This document shows, piece after piece, positions 1-9,625 of a stretch of DNA of 64,000 nucleotides. Position numbers and translations under genes: made by a program. Under the pieces are notes generated by a model that ran no database searches, was not told the DNA's origin, and worked only from the letters and a program-made list of their open reading frames with translations. Each line of letters opens with the position of its first letter. Positions within the stretch are counted from its first letter, which is position 1. The DNA is from Patescibacteria group bacterium UBA5147 (GTDB lineage Bacteria > Patescibacteriota > Saccharimonadia > UBA4664), in contig DHXV01000003.1 in assembly GCA_002415345.1 (NCBI GenBank), positions 88,213-152,212 of the forward strand, in the 5' to 3' direction.

Positions 1-503
1 TCGGTCTCAGCCCGGCTTACCGGCGTGAAGCCGGAGCTTACGGGAAATACTCCAAGGGTCTGTTCCGGGTCCATCAGTTCAATAAACTGGAAATGTATGT
101 GTTCTGCACGCCTGAAACAAGTGCGGAATGGCATCAGAAATTAGTCAAGATAGAAGAAGACATCTGCCAGGCCTTAGAGCTACCGTACAGGCTGGTAAGA
201 ATCGCCGCCGCAGATATGGGTGCTCCGGCGTATGAGAAGTACGACGTTGAGTACTGGAGCCCGATCGAACAGACTTACCGGGAGCTTATGAGTTGTAGCA
301 ACGTGACCGATTTCCAATCCCGCCGCCTAAATATTCGTTATCGCGCCGATGACGGCGCCGTTAAATTCGTTCATACTTTAAACGGTACCGCTGCAGCCTT
401 CAGCCGGTTGCCCATAGCTTTACTTGAAAACCACCAGCAGGCTGACGGCTCCGTGCGACTCCCTAAACTACTAGCTCATTATTATGGAAGCGAGGTCCTA
501 TGA
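1..503 (+). CDS. serS: seryl-tRNA synthetase, C-terminal fragment (gene begins upstream of window)
   Basis: Frame-3 translation from nt 3 reads ...GLFRVHQFNKLEMYVFCTPE...TLNGTAAAFSRLPIALLENHQQADGSVRLPKLL, the class-II SerRS motif 2/3 region. Stop at 501-503. Confidence 0.85.
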   Translation, partial: GLSPAYRREAGAYGKYSKGLFRVHQFNKLEMYVFCTPETSAEWHQKLVKIEEDICQALELPYRLVRIAAADMGAPAYEKYDVEYWSPIEQTYRELMSCSNVTDFQSRRLNIRYRADDGAVKFVHTLNGTAAAFSRLPIALLENHQQADGSVRLPKLLAHYYGSEVL

Positions 504-907
504 TCCAACTCGATATTACCTGCCGTAACTTTGAAGCTGATGAAAAACTTCGATCATATGTAACCGCCAAGATCGGCGAGATTGAGAAATACCTTCCCCG
601 ACGGGTACGGCAAAGTACGACCGCGAAAGTCCGCTTTGAAGATGATGCCAGCGGCCGGGAAGACAATCGGTTCGTTTGCGAGGTCGTGATGGCGCTGCCT
701 GGCGATACGCTTGTCAGCAAAGAGGGGACTATCAATATGTATGCCGCCGTTGACATCGTGGAGGCCAAACTTAAAGCCCAGGTGCGCACCTACAAGGACA
801 AAACCGTCCATGGACCGCGCCGGCTGCGGATGCTTTCGCGCCTGATAGGACGAAAGTCGGAGACCGATCCCTCCACGCCAAGTCCTGAAGTGGAAGAGGC
901 CGTCTAG
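500..907 (+). CDS. hpf: ribosome hibernation promoting factor / sigma-54 modulation protein family (HPF/RaiA)
   Basis: 135 aa. MIQLDITCRNFEADEKLRSYVTAKIGEIEKYL... is typical of HPF/YfiA. Its ATG overlaps the serS stop (ATGA). Position upstream of secA is a common arrangement. Confidence 0.8.
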   Translation: MIQLDITCRNFEADEKLRSYVTAKIGEIEKYLPRRVRQSTTAKVRFEDDASGREDNRFVCEVVMALPGDTLVSKEGTINMYAAVDIVEAKLKAQVRTYKDKTVHGPRRLRMLSRLIGRKSETDPSTPSPEVEEAV

Positions 908-933
908 CCGATATATGTTAAACTTACCAACAT

Positions 934-3516
934 ATGGCAAATATTATTACCAAAATCCTTGGCGATCCCAACGTTCGCGAAGTAAAACGGGCTCGCTCCA
1001 CTGTAGCTAGAATCAACGCTCATGAAGAAGCTCTCAAACTGCTCTCCGATACGGAGCTGGTTGCGCAGACCGCCAAATTCAAGTTACGCCTGGAGAACGG
1101 TGAGTCGCTGGACGAGCTACTGCCGGAAGCCTTTGCCACGGTTCGTGAAGCGGCCAGCCGGTCAATCGGTATGCGCCATTTCGACGTGCAGTTCATCGGC
1201 GGAATTATGCTTCATCAAGGTCGAATCGCTGAGATGCGAACCGGTGAAGGTAAGACCTTGGTGGCGACTTTACCGTCGTATCTTAACGCTCTTACGGGTA
1301 AAGGCGTGCATGTCGTTACGGTCAATGACTATCTGGCCAGCCTCCATGCCGGCTGGATGGGCCGGGTCTATCATGCACTGGGCCTGAGTACGGGGGTAAT
1401 TGCCCACGAGAGCGCCTTCTTGTATGACCCCGACTACAACTCGGAGCTGCACCCGGATGACCGCCTTAATCATCTGCGCCCGGTGACGAGGGCCGAAGCT
1501 TACATCGCTGACGTCACTTATGGAACGAATAATGAATACGGTTTCGATTACCTGCGCGACAACATGGTCGATGACCTGGCACGAATGGTCCAGCGGCCAC
1601 TGCACTATGCCATCGTCGACGAGGTGGACTCAATCCTCATCGATGAGGCGCGCACGCCGCTGATTATATCGGCCCCGGCCCAGGAAGCCACCGACAAGTA
1701 CTATGAGTTCGCCAAACTGGCCGCCGGCCTCAAATTGGATATTGACTACACGTTGGATGAAAAACTCAAAGCAGCCTCGCTGACCGACGAAGGCGTTGAA
1801 AACATCGAGCGCATTTTGGGTGTCGATAACGTCTATGAAGCCGGCCGGATCGATGACGTCCATCACATTGAGCAATCCCTTAAGGCCCACGCCCTGTACC
1901 AGCGAGACCGCGATTATGTGGTTAGAAACGGCGAAATTATCATTGTCGACGAATTCACCGGTCGACTCAAACCCGGCAATCGCTGGAGTGACGGTTTGCA
2001 TCAGGCCGTAGAAGCTAAAGAAGGCGTTGTCATCAACCAGGAATCGCTGACCCTGGCCACAATTACCTTCCAGAACTATTTCCGTCTGTACGAGAAGCTG
2101 TCCGGGATGACCGGTACGGCTATGACCGAGGCCGAGGAGTTTGCCAAAATATATAATTTGGGCGTTATCGACATTCCGACCCACCGTAAGATGGTGCGTA
2201 TCGACCTGCCCGACCGTATCTACAAGACCGAGGACGGCAAATTTCGGGCGGTAGCCAAAGAAGTCGGCGTGTTTCATGCCAAAGGCCAGCCTGTACTTAT
2301 CGGTACGGTCTCCATCCAGAAAAACGAGCTGCTCAGTAATTATTTGAATCAACTGAAAATTCCGCATCAAGTCCTTAACGCCAAGAATAACGAGACGGAA
2401 GCTGAGACGATTGCGGCCGCCGGCAAGCGCGGTGCCGTAACGCTTGCCACCAACATCGCCGGACGCGGAACCGACATTATGCTTGAGGACGGTGTTGCCG
2501 AACTCGGAGGGCTGGTGGTAATCGGAACTGAACGTCACGAGAGCCGCCGGATTGACAACCAGTTGCGAGGGCGTGCCGGCCGCCAGGGCGACGCGGGACT
2601 GAGCCAGTTTTATGTCAGCTTGGAAGATGACCTGATGCGCATATTCGGGGGCGACCGGATGCAGTCCATGCTGACTACTCTCGGCCTGGACGATGAAACG
2701 CCGATAGAGAACAAGCTCGTCAGCCGAAGCCTCGAGGGCGCCCAGAAGAAGGTTGAAGGCGCCAACTTTGATACCCGTAAGCACCTAGTCGACTACGATG
2801 ACGTCATGAACCGCCATCGCGAGGTTATTTACGCCCGCCGTCGAAAGGCCCTGGCGTCGGTTAGCCTGCGCGAAGACATTATCCAAAGCATTCGCAACCA
2901 GGTTGAGGCCATGCGGGTCGCCCACACCAATGCCAGTACCACCGAGCTTGATATCGAGCACTTCCGCGCGTCCGTCGACAGTATTCTGCCAGTCTCTGAC
3001 GAGCTGGCCGATGTCGTGATGCGCGCCCACGCGACCGAGGTAGTTGATACCGTCGTCGATGAGGCAACCAGGCTATATGATGAGCGCCAAGAAGCTTTTG
3101 GTCCCGAGGTCATGCGCGGCGTGGAGCGCTTCACCTACGTGAACGCCTTGGATCGGCTCTGGATCGAGCACCTTGAGGCTATGGACTCATTGCGAAACGG
3201 TATCGGTCTGCGGGCCTATGGCCAGCGTGACCCGCTCGTGGAATACAAGCGTGAAGGCTTCCGGATGTTCAAGCAGCTTATCGGCTTGCTTGAAGCCGAG
3301 GTAGCGACTACTATTTTCAAGGTCAGCGTTCAATTCCATGATCACGCTGATGCTCCCGTAGAAACCGCTCTGACGCGTGCGGCGGAGTTGGCCACCACCA
3401 GCGGTGATGACAACCAGGAGTCAACCACATCAAACTCTTCCCGGGCTGCCCGTCGGGCCAAGGTGGACAGGATCGGACGTCCGAACACGACAAAAAAACG
3501 TAAAAAACGACGTTAG
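934..3516 (+). CDS. secA: preprotein translocase ATPase SecA
   Basis: 860 aa. N-terminus MANIITKILGDPNVREVKR, the Walker-type GxxGxGKT region (MRTGEGKTLVATLP), DEVD box (IVDEVDSILIDEARTPLIIS), and motor plus C-terminal scaffold regions are contiguous. Confidence 0.95.
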   Translation: MANIITKILGDPNVREVKRARSTVARINAHEEALKLLSDTELVAQTAKFKLRLENGESLDELLPEAFATVREAASRSIGMRHFDVQFIGGIMLHQGRIAEMRTGEGKTLVATLPSYLNALTGKGVHVVTVNDYLASLHAGWMGRVYHALGLSTGVIAHESAFLYDPDYNSELHPDDRLNHLRPVTRAEAYIADVTYGTNNEYGFDYLRDNMVDDLARMVQRPLHYAIVDEVDSILIDEARTPLIISAPAQEATDKYYEFAKLAAGLKLDIDYTLDEKLKAASLTDEGVENIERILGVDNVYEAGRIDDVHHIEQSLKAHALYQRDRDYVVRNGEIIIVDEFTGRLKPGNRWSDGLHQAVEAKEGVVINQESLTLATITFQNYFRLYEKLSGMTGTAMTEAEEFAKIYNLGVIDIPTHRKMVRIDLPDRIYKTEDGKFRAVAKEVGVFHAKGQPVLIGTVSIQKNELLSNYLNQLKIPHQVLNAKNNETEAETIAAAGKRGAVTLATNIAGRGTDIMLEDGVAELGGLVVIGTERHESRRIDNQLRGRAGRQGDAGLSQFYVSLEDDLMRIFGGDRMQSMLTTLGLDDETPIENKLVSRSLEGAQKKVEGANFDTRKHLVDYDDVMNRHREVIYARRRKALASVSLREDIIQSIRNQVEAMRVAHTNASTTELDIEHFRASVDSILPVSDELADVVMRAHATEVVDTVVDEATRLYDERQEAFGPEVMRGVERFTYVNALDRLWIEHLEAMDSLRNGIGLRAYGQRDPLVEYKREGFRMFKQLIGLLEAEVATTIFKVSVQFHDHADAPVETALTRAAELATTSGDDNQESTTSNSSRAARRAKVDRIGRPNTTKKRKKRR

Positions 3517-3523
3517 CCACCCT

Positions 3524-4831
3524 GTGACACGGCGCGTCATAATCCTGGGTTATGGGGTCGAAGGCCGGTCGGCAGCGGCCTATTTCGCCAAGTTGGGCGA
3601 TGAAGTTACGGTTGCCGACGCTAATCCGGCTCTGGAAATTCCATCTGGTTTTGCTTCAAGACTGGGTCCGGATTACCTCAAGCAGCTCGGCGGCTTTGAT
3701 TTGGTCGTGCGGTCGCCCGGTATCCGCCCCGATGCCTTTGCAACAACGGCCAAAGTCACCTCGGCGACAATTGAGTTCATGGACCGATGCCTGGCGCCGA
3801 TAATTGGAGTCACTGGTACCAAAGGCAAGGGGACGACTTCGTCGCTGATCGCCCGTATTCTGGAAGCCGCCGGTAAAACGGTGTGGCTCGGTGGCAACAT
3901 AGGTACCTCGCCGTTGGATTTTCTGCCTCAAGTAAAAGCTGATCATTTCGTGGTGCTTGAACTCTCAAGTTTTCAGCTCATGGACGCACGAACCAGCCCT
4001 CACGTGGCGGTTTGTCTCATGCTGGCTGCCGACCACCTGAACTGGCATACCGACATGGATGAATACCTGGCTGCCAAAGGTGATATTTTCGCTCATCAGA
4101 GCAGCCGTGATTTAGCGGTCTATAACGCGGATGACGTGCGGAGCACTCAGCTAAGCCTAAAATCTCCGGCGCAGAAGCTCGGGTATGGTTCGGCAGCTGC
4201 CGCTCATGTCGCAGGCGGCGTCGTAATGATGGGAGATACGTCAGTCATGAACGTCAGCGAGGTCGGCCTTCTGGGGCCGCACAACCTGCAGAATATCTGC
4301 GCGGCCATTACGGCCGTGTGGGACATTGTAGGTGCAAACTTGGGAGCTATAACTGCAGCAGTCAGTTCATTTACCGGTCTCGAGCACCGCCTGGAGCTGG
4401 CCGCCCGTATTGAAGGCGTCGGCTACTACGACGACTCATTTGCCACTACTCCGGAAACGGCCATAGCCGCGATTCGCTCGTTCACCGAGCCGAAGGTCAT
4501 TATTCTCGGAGGTTCCGACAAGGGCGCCGATTACGCCGAGCTAGCCCAGGTCGTAGAAAACGAAGGTGTGATCCACGCCTTTCTTATCGGCGATACTGCC
4601 CCGGCCATCGAGCGAGCGCTGCGGTCGGCGGGGTTCGGTCATATCACAGAGGGCTACGAATCGATGGATAGGCTGGTACGGAATTGTTACGCCGTGACAG
4701 AGCCTGGTGATGTCGTACTTCTTAGCACCGGCTGCGCTTCATTCGGATTATTCACCGATTATAAGGACCGAGGGGACCAGTTCAAGGCTGCAGCCCGTAA
4801 ACTGGCGGAGGCGTCCGATGCCGGTAAGTAA
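3524..4831 (+). CDS. murD: UDP-N-acetylmuramoyl-L-alanine--D-glutamate ligase (MurD)
   Basis: Mur ligase motifs: N-terminal Rossmann VIILGYGVEGRS, P-loop GVTGTKGKGTTSSL, C-terminal YDDSFATTPE. Likely GTG start at 3524, 8 nt after the secA stop. The longer ATG ORF from 3377 would overlap secA by 140 nt. Located away from the dcw cluster. Confidence 0.8.
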   Translation: MTRRVIILGYGVEGRSAAAYFAKLGDEVTVADANPALEIPSGFASRLGPDYLKQLGGFDLVVRSPGIRPDAFATTAKVTSATIEFMDRCLAPIIGVTGTKGKGTTSSLIARILEAAGKTVWLGGNIGTSPLDFLPQVKADHFVVLELSSFQLMDARTSPHVAVCLMLAADHLNWHTDMDEYLAAKGDIFAHQSSRDLAVYNADDVRSTQLSLKSPAQKLGYGSAAAAHVAGGVVMMGDTSVMNVSEVGLLGPHNLQNICAAITAVWDIVGANLGAITAAVSSFTGLEHRLELAARIEGVGYYDDSFATTPETAIAAIRSFTEPKVIILGGSDKGADYAELAQVVENEGVIHAFLIGDTAPAIERALRSAGFGHITEGYESMDRLVRNCYAVTEPGDVVLLSTGCASFGLFTDYKDRGDQFKAAARKLAEASDAGK

Positions 4832-5609
4832 TAAGCCCGTAGTACTCATTACCGGAGTTTCAGGCGGTATCGGCAACGCCACCGCCCGCCTGTTCACGGC
4901 GAACGGCTGGCTGGTAGTGGGAACCGTGCGGTCGGTTCGGGGCAGAGTCGCCCGCGTCGATGTCCAGCCGGCAGAAATGACCCGCCCCGCCGATCTGGCT
5001 CGGGTGGTTCACCACATAGAGCGCCAATACGGCCGGCTTGACGCTTTGATATGCAACGCCGGATACGCCCTTCTCGGCCCGCTTGATACCCTGGGCTATG
5101 CGCAGATGCGGGATCAGCTGGCTACGAACGTTCTGGCCCCGGCCGAACTGACGCGGCTGGCCTTGCCGTTGCTGATGAAATGCTCCGGCACGGCCGTCGC
5201 GGTATCCAGTTTGGTCGGACGTACCGGTTTGCCGGGATATTCGCTCTACGCGGCCTCAAAACACGCGGTGGAGGGCCTCTACGAGTCGCTGGCGCTGGAA
5301 TACGCGGCCGGGCCGGTGAGGTTCAGGCTGGTTGAGCCGAGCGGAGTCAATACCGCCTTCTGGACGGCAATAAAGCGCGGAATGGTTCGGAAGGCCAGCA
5401 CCGGCGAATTACACCGCATGGATACCCCGCCCAATCGCGCCGACCATAACCTAACGGCCGAGCAGGTAGCAGCGGTCATCTACCGCGCCGCCTGTGATAG
5501 GGGAGTCAAGCTGCGCTACCCTGTCGGACATACTCGGCGGGTAGACCTGGCCAAGCGACTGCTGCCAGAGCGGTTGTACCGTCGCTTGCTTCATAGGTTT
5601 ATAATCTAA
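4818..5609 (+). CDS. short-chain dehydrogenase/reductase (SDR) family oxidoreductase
   Basis: TGVSGGIGNATA glycine-rich NAD(P)-binding motif. YAASK (YxxxK) catalytic motif. Start ATG 4818 chosen: it is in frame with the 4707 ORF and overlaps the murD 3' end. Confidence 0.75.
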   Translation: MPVSNKPVVLITGVSGGIGNATARLFTANGWLVVGTVRSVRGRVARVDVQPAEMTRPADLARVVHHIERQYGRLDALICNAGYALLGPLDTLGYAQMRDQLATNVLAPAELTRLALPLLMKCSGTAVAVSSLVGRTGLPGYSLYAASKHAVEGLYESLALEYAAGPVRFRLVEPSGVNTAFWTAIKRGMVRKASTGELHRMDTPPNRADHNLTAEQVAAVIYRAACDRGVKLRYPVGHTRRVDLAKRLLPERLYRRLLHRFII

Positions 5610-5625
5610 CCAACTGGAGCGCTTT

Positions 5626-6909
5626 ATGAAACATACAGTTAACGAACATGTTCTTAGCAAGGGTACCCGGGGGCTCTTCATTGACGTTCCTGGGAGTGAT
5701 GTCTTTAATATTCTCGTACGGTTCAACTCCGGGTATCAATTCGTCGATCAGACAATGTATGAGCTTCCGCACGTTATGGAACACCTTATGGCGACGCGAA
5801 CCAAGAAATACCCCGGACCGAACGAATTCACGATTGAAGCCCAAAAAAACGGCGCGATGGCCAATGCCAACTCCAGTTCCGATTACAACGGTTATGTTTA
5901 TGAATGTGCCGATTTCGAGCTCGATCGTATCCTTGATTTGCTCGAAGAACAGCTCGTTCGGCCGCTGTTTACCCAAGCAGACCTGGACATCGAACGTAAA
6001 AACGTCCGCGAAGAACTCAATAAATACACAACGGACTACCACCGTATTTGTTCAAATGCCCTGTCAGCAAAAACGTTTCCTGCGGAAGTATTGGACTATG
6101 ACACACGTCTAAGCCAGCTCGATGATATTACTCTCGCCGCAATTTTCGACTATTATTCCACCGCATTTACGGCCTCGAATGCCCGGTTCTATATTGCTGG
6201 GCCTATAGGTAGGAAAAGCGCAATTATTATGACACGGCTCGAGCGTCTATTCGCGCAACTTTCCGCGGGAACACCGCTGCTATTAAACACTGATGTCGGT
6301 CTGAACGTAGCTGATCCGATATTGCAGGTACGTGACATCAGCCAATTGTACTACCGTGCGAGTATCTATAGTGGTGAGTTGAATCTCGACGAACGGCATG
6401 CCCTTACGCTCATGCGACTTGTTTTGGTGGGCGGAATGGGATCTAGGGTCTATGGTGAGGCACGCAGTCGTGGGCTTGCCTACGGCGTCGGCATGACATC
6501 GGGCGCCTCAACCGGAAACAGCCAGACCGGGTATTCCGGCTATGTGACGCCGGCCAATGCCGCCGCTCTCTTTGAGGTTATGGTAAGGCATACCCTTGAT
6601 GTACGCGACGGCGGCCTGACCGTACTTCAACTGGAAAACGCCCGCGTTCTTGGTACCGGAACTACTAAGCGGAGTTATCAGACGGCGAGCGACATGCTGG
6701 GGTGGTATTTGGGTCCCTACGAAAACGACCGCCGGATCGATGATTTTGACGCGTATCTGGAAGCCCTCGAGGACGTCTCCGTCCAAGATGTGAGTACAGT
6801 CGTAGGCAAACTGACCGGCAACAAGTCCCACGGTGTGAGTTTCGTCGGCGAGATAACACCCGAAAAAGCTCAGGAACTCGCAGCTATTCTTGCACCGTTG
6901 TGGAAATAG
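5626..6909 (+). CDS. M16 family (pitrilysin/insulinase-like) zinc metallopeptidase
   Basis: Inverted zinc-binding motif HxxEH (PHVMEHL) near the N-terminus. Two-domain length (427 aa) is typical of M16. Confidence 0.7.
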   Translation: MKHTVNEHVLSKGTRGLFIDVPGSDVFNILVRFNSGYQFVDQTMYELPHVMEHLMATRTKKYPGPNEFTIEAQKNGAMANANSSSDYNGYVYECADFELDRILDLLEEQLVRPLFTQADLDIERKNVREELNKYTTDYHRICSNALSAKTFPAEVLDYDTRLSQLDDITLAAIFDYYSTAFTASNARFYIAGPIGRKSAIIMTRLERLFAQLSAGTPLLLNTDVGLNVADPILQVRDISQLYYRASIYSGELNLDERHALTLMRLVLVGGMGSRVYGEARSRGLAYGVGMTSGASTGNSQTGYSGYVTPANAAALFEVMVRHTLDVRDGGLTVLQLENARVLGTGTTKRSYQTASDMLGWYLGPYENDRRIDDFDAYLEALEDVSVQDVSTVVGKLTGNKSHGVSFVGEITPEKAQELAAILAPLWK

Positions 6910-7088
6910 GCTAGAAGATAGCACTAATTCCACATGCAACCGTTAGCATAATAACCAAAATCTGATTGACTTTAGCCTAGAATTATGATAGGTTGAGATA
7001 TCACTCCTGTGAGGGGAAAACAATCTGACGGCATTTCGCCCAATGATCAAGTCTTACGGGATGGTCCTTGATAAGTTGGATAGTCAAA

Positions 7089-7104
7089 GGTCACGCAAGT
7101 GACC
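7089..7104. repeat. perfect palindrome GGTCAC-gcaa-GTGACC. The core TCACGCAAGTGAC recurs at 7362-7374.
   Basis: Read directly. The second copy lies inside the first codons of the 7348 CDS. Confidence 0.6.
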
Positions 7105-7128
7105 AATTAAAACAACATTCAAAACCAA

Positions 7129-7194
7129 ACTGCCCCGCGGGCAGAATTCCGTCCCCCGATATTTGCCGCCCAGATATCGGCGGCGGAATTCTGC
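7129..7194. promoter_or_regulatory. nested inverted repeats (possible operator or intergenic stem-loop)
   Basis: CTGCCC-cgc-GGGCAG, immediately followed by GCAGAATTCCG...CCGATAT-(11 nt)-ATATCGG...CGGAATTCTGC. About 22-bp arms in the 440-bp gap between the M16 peptidase gene and the 7348 CDS. Confidence 0.45.
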
Positions 7195-7347
7195 CTGTGT
7201 GGGCGGAGTCAACGATTGGCTTGTCATGCACCACCCCTGGTGGCTTTTGCCTCCAGATGAATAGCAGCAGTATGCGGTACGTACCCTTACGTGACGCTTC
7301 ACGCGCAGCCGTCAGGCTCGCGCAGCTATCGATGCCGGGAGGCAAGA

Positions 7348-8286
7348 ATGAAAGCCGCAACCGTTCACGCAAGTGACGCCATGAGAAATTTTGATGCGCC
7401 CTTGGGTGACATCCTGCGATGGGCCGAGAAACCAGAAGATGGAAGCGAGAGCACTATCGTCGATCTCGAGGTGGTGAATAAAAACCGCGACCGCGAGAAC
7501 GACGAGCAGCGCACTGCAGCTGATGCTGCTGCAAGTTCTGACAATCGGAGTACCGCTCGTGCGGGACGTAAGCGTCAGGTCAAGGCAGCGAAGCGGGTCA
7601 GGCTCGATTTCAGGCTGCAGCCCGCCGACCGACAAGCTCTTCGCGAAATTCAGGATTGGGTTAACGACCAGATCCAGCGAAAGGCTTGGACTCCTGAAGA
7701 AGGGTGGAAGCCCCAGCAACGTAAGGAGGGTGCAGAACATGGCACCATTTCTTACAACACGCCGGTCGGCTGGGTTGAAAACGTCCCCGCCAACTCTTTC
7801 CGTCAGATGACGAACGGTAGCCTGGCGTGGATTGTTCCTACACCGAACCCATCCATCCGCGAGCAGCGCAAGCAGGCCGAACGGCTGGCGTCCCTGGGAT
7901 TCCAGGAGACGATTTGTCGGATGTGCGGCAAGCCGCTCGAGGGGGATGACGGCCCGGAAATGGCCCAGATTAACAATCTTCTTAAGGGTCGGTTCGTCCT
8001 CCCTTATATCCATGAGCCACTGGCTCCTGGTGTTGAGGAACTGCGTTTCCGTCGTCTTCACCTTCTGCACTCCGTGTGGGAGGAGAAGTTGGTCCAGATT
8101 CAGCTTGAACTCGACTTGGTAACGACCGATGAACTGGTGGAGCATCTTAACTCCGCAATTCCGGAGGTCCTTGAAGATGCCAAAAAGCGCAAGCCATCCA
8201 CTACCGAATCCGAGGTTTACGTAGCTCTCGATGAGGTCCTGGCCTTCTGGGACTCCGACAAGGAAGGAACGAACGATGTCGGCTGA
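7348..8286 (+). CDS. hypothetical protein, basic/acidic low-complexity N-terminal half, possible ribbon-helix-helix-like segment (KRVRLDFRLQPADRQALREIQDW)
   Basis: ATG 7348 preceded by GGAGG with a 5-nt spacer. The ORF continues to 8286 and overlaps the next CDS by 11 nt. No recognisable catalytic motif. Confidence 0.55.
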   Translation: MKAATVHASDAMRNFDAPLGDILRWAEKPEDGSESTIVDLEVVNKNRDRENDEQRTAADAAASSDNRSTARAGRKRQVKAAKRVRLDFRLQPADRQALREIQDWVNDQIQRKAWTPEEGWKPQQRKEGAEHGTISYNTPVGWVENVPANSFRQMTNGSLAWIVPTPNPSIREQRKQAERLASLGFQETICRMCGKPLEGDDGPEMAQINNLLKGRFVLPYIHEPLAPGVEELRFRRLHLLHSVWEEKLVQIQLELDLVTTDELVEHLNSAIPEVLEDAKKRKPSTTESEVYVALDEVLAFWDSDKEGTNDVG

Positions 8287-9520
8287 TCTGTCTGAGGTTA
8301 GAAAGCGGCTTGCTGCAAAGCGTGCATCTTCGGTCGGAGAAATTCCCGCCGCAGATGCCGTTGATCCGCAAGTGGCCCCGCCTCCCGACGATCAGTCTGA
8401 TGTGGTTACGCACACTGTGCGACCAACTCACAAGGAAAATCGGGACAAAAGGAAGCAAGCTGAGAAATTGGCTGCCTCAACATCAGGAAGCTCCGTAGCC
8501 TCATCACCCACGGGCACGTCGCCCAAAACCGACACGCCCCAGGGAGGGCCAGTGACTCGACAACCGGTTCAACCACCTTCTTCGCAACCTTCGGCCGACC
8601 CTCCAAACGGGGCTCCCGGAACGCCGGACCCACCGGCTCAGCCAGCGCAGACCTCACCTCCTTCTCCGGAGTTTACACTTTCGGACCGGGCCGTGATCTT
8701 TGCCCACCAGGGATTTGCGACAATCAAAGACCGCCAGCCTCTCCACGCCTTTGTGGTTGACAAGCTTGGTGAGGTCTTTCAAATTCCAACCCAGTACAGC
8801 ATCAGTGAGATCAATACGGCTGCTTCCGCTGCCGTTGATCCGCTGACTGTCTCGACGGTGGTCTCCACAAGCGAATCCCGAAAGGACCGCATGAGGAGGC
8901 GTTTAAACCTTCGGCACAACATTCCGATCCGACTGGTACTAATGTTTGCCGCCGCCGGATCGGTGTTGTTCGTACTAGGTTTTCTGCTGGTTCAGTGGGC
9001 ACTGCCACACTTGGGGCTGCAGAGCATGTGGTTCCTCATTGGCATTGCTGTTGTCCTTGCGGTCTGGGCCATCGTGGCGAGATTCAGAAACCCCGAATAC
9101 AACCTGAAGCGCTTGCGCGTCTGGTTTGTGGGGCTAATGATTCTAGCCGGTAGCATCTTCGGCTCCTCTTCGGGGTCGGCGGTGGCGAACGGTCCTAACG
9201 CGCACCCCGTGGAGGCATCCAAGGTCGTGGCCGACATCTGTCATAAATATGACAAGTCGGGCAAGTTTGATACGGATGGCTCGCTCGAAGGATGTGCGGG
9301 TTCGCTTCGCATCGTCGCCAATCAAAACGGCGCGAATCCCAAGGTTAAGGTCATGTACGAGAACTTCCTGTACAAAGTGTACACGGAGGGCTGTGCGGCC
9401 GAGTTCCAGGACTTCGCGTCCGACAAGGGCAAGCAAGACCAGAGCGGCTGCTTGAGTACTGCCGTCATGAGAGCCTACGGCAAGCAGGTCTCAGACCTAA
9501 TTGCCACAGGCAAGGCATAA
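8276..9520 (+). CDS. hypothetical integral membrane protein with proline-rich N-terminal region and Cys-containing C-terminal extracytoplasmic domain
   Basis: ATG 8276 preceded by AAGGAAGG. Pro/Ser/Thr-rich segment. Three hydrophobic helices (IPIRLVLMFAAAGSVLFVLGFLLV, MWFLIGIAVVLAVWAIV, VWFVGLMILAGSIFG). C-terminal domain with 4 Cys. Confidence 0.55.
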   Translation: MSADLSEVRKRLAAKRASSVGEIPAADAVDPQVAPPPDDQSDVVTHTVRPTHKENRDKRKQAEKLAASTSGSSVASSPTGTSPKTDTPQGGPVTRQPVQPPSSQPSADPPNGAPGTPDPPAQPAQTSPPSPEFTLSDRAVIFAHQGFATIKDRQPLHAFVVDKLGEVFQIPTQYSISEINTAASAAVDPLTVSTVVSTSESRKDRMRRRLNLRHNIPIRLVLMFAAAGSVLFVLGFLLVQWALPHLGLQSMWFLIGIAVVLAVWAIVARFRNPEYNLKRLRVWFVGLMILAGSIFGSSSGSAVANGPNAHPVEASKVVADICHKYDKSGKFDTDGSLEGCAGSLRIVANQNGANPKVKVMYENFLYKVYTEGCAAEFQDFASDKGKQDQSGCLSTAVMRAYGKQVSDLIATGKA

Positions 9521-9526
9521 CACCAG

Positions 9527-9561
9527 CCGGGGCGGGCAAAGTTCGAACCTGCCCGCCCCGG
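9527..9561 (+). terminator. GC-rich 12-bp stem-loop after the 8276 CDS
   Basis: CCGGGGCGGGCA-aagttcgaacc-TGCCCGCCCCGG. No clear T-tract follows. Confidence 0.5.
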
Positions 9562-9625
9562 TCGCTCCACCTCTGTATTTCTCTACTACACCTTCCAGCA
9601 CTTGTGCTGGAGAAAGCAGGGCATC

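Noticed and set aside
1630-2784. 384-aa ORF on the minus strand
   Set aside because: Lies entirely antisense to the well-supported secA CDS. Shadow ORF typical of GC-rich coding DNA, with no motifs.
3377-3523. Longer ATG-initiated version of murD overlapping secA by 140 nt
   Set aside because: A GTG at 3524 directly after the secA stop gives a MurD N-terminus (MTRRVIILGYGVEGRS) matching the Rossmann start of Mur ligases. The long overlap is implausible.
9527-9561. GTTCGAA inside a hairpin, which briefly suggested a tRNA T-arm
   Set aside because: The stem is 12 bp of continuous GC-rich pairing with an 11-nt loop. There is no acceptor, D or anticodon arm. It is a terminator-like hairpin, not a tRNA.
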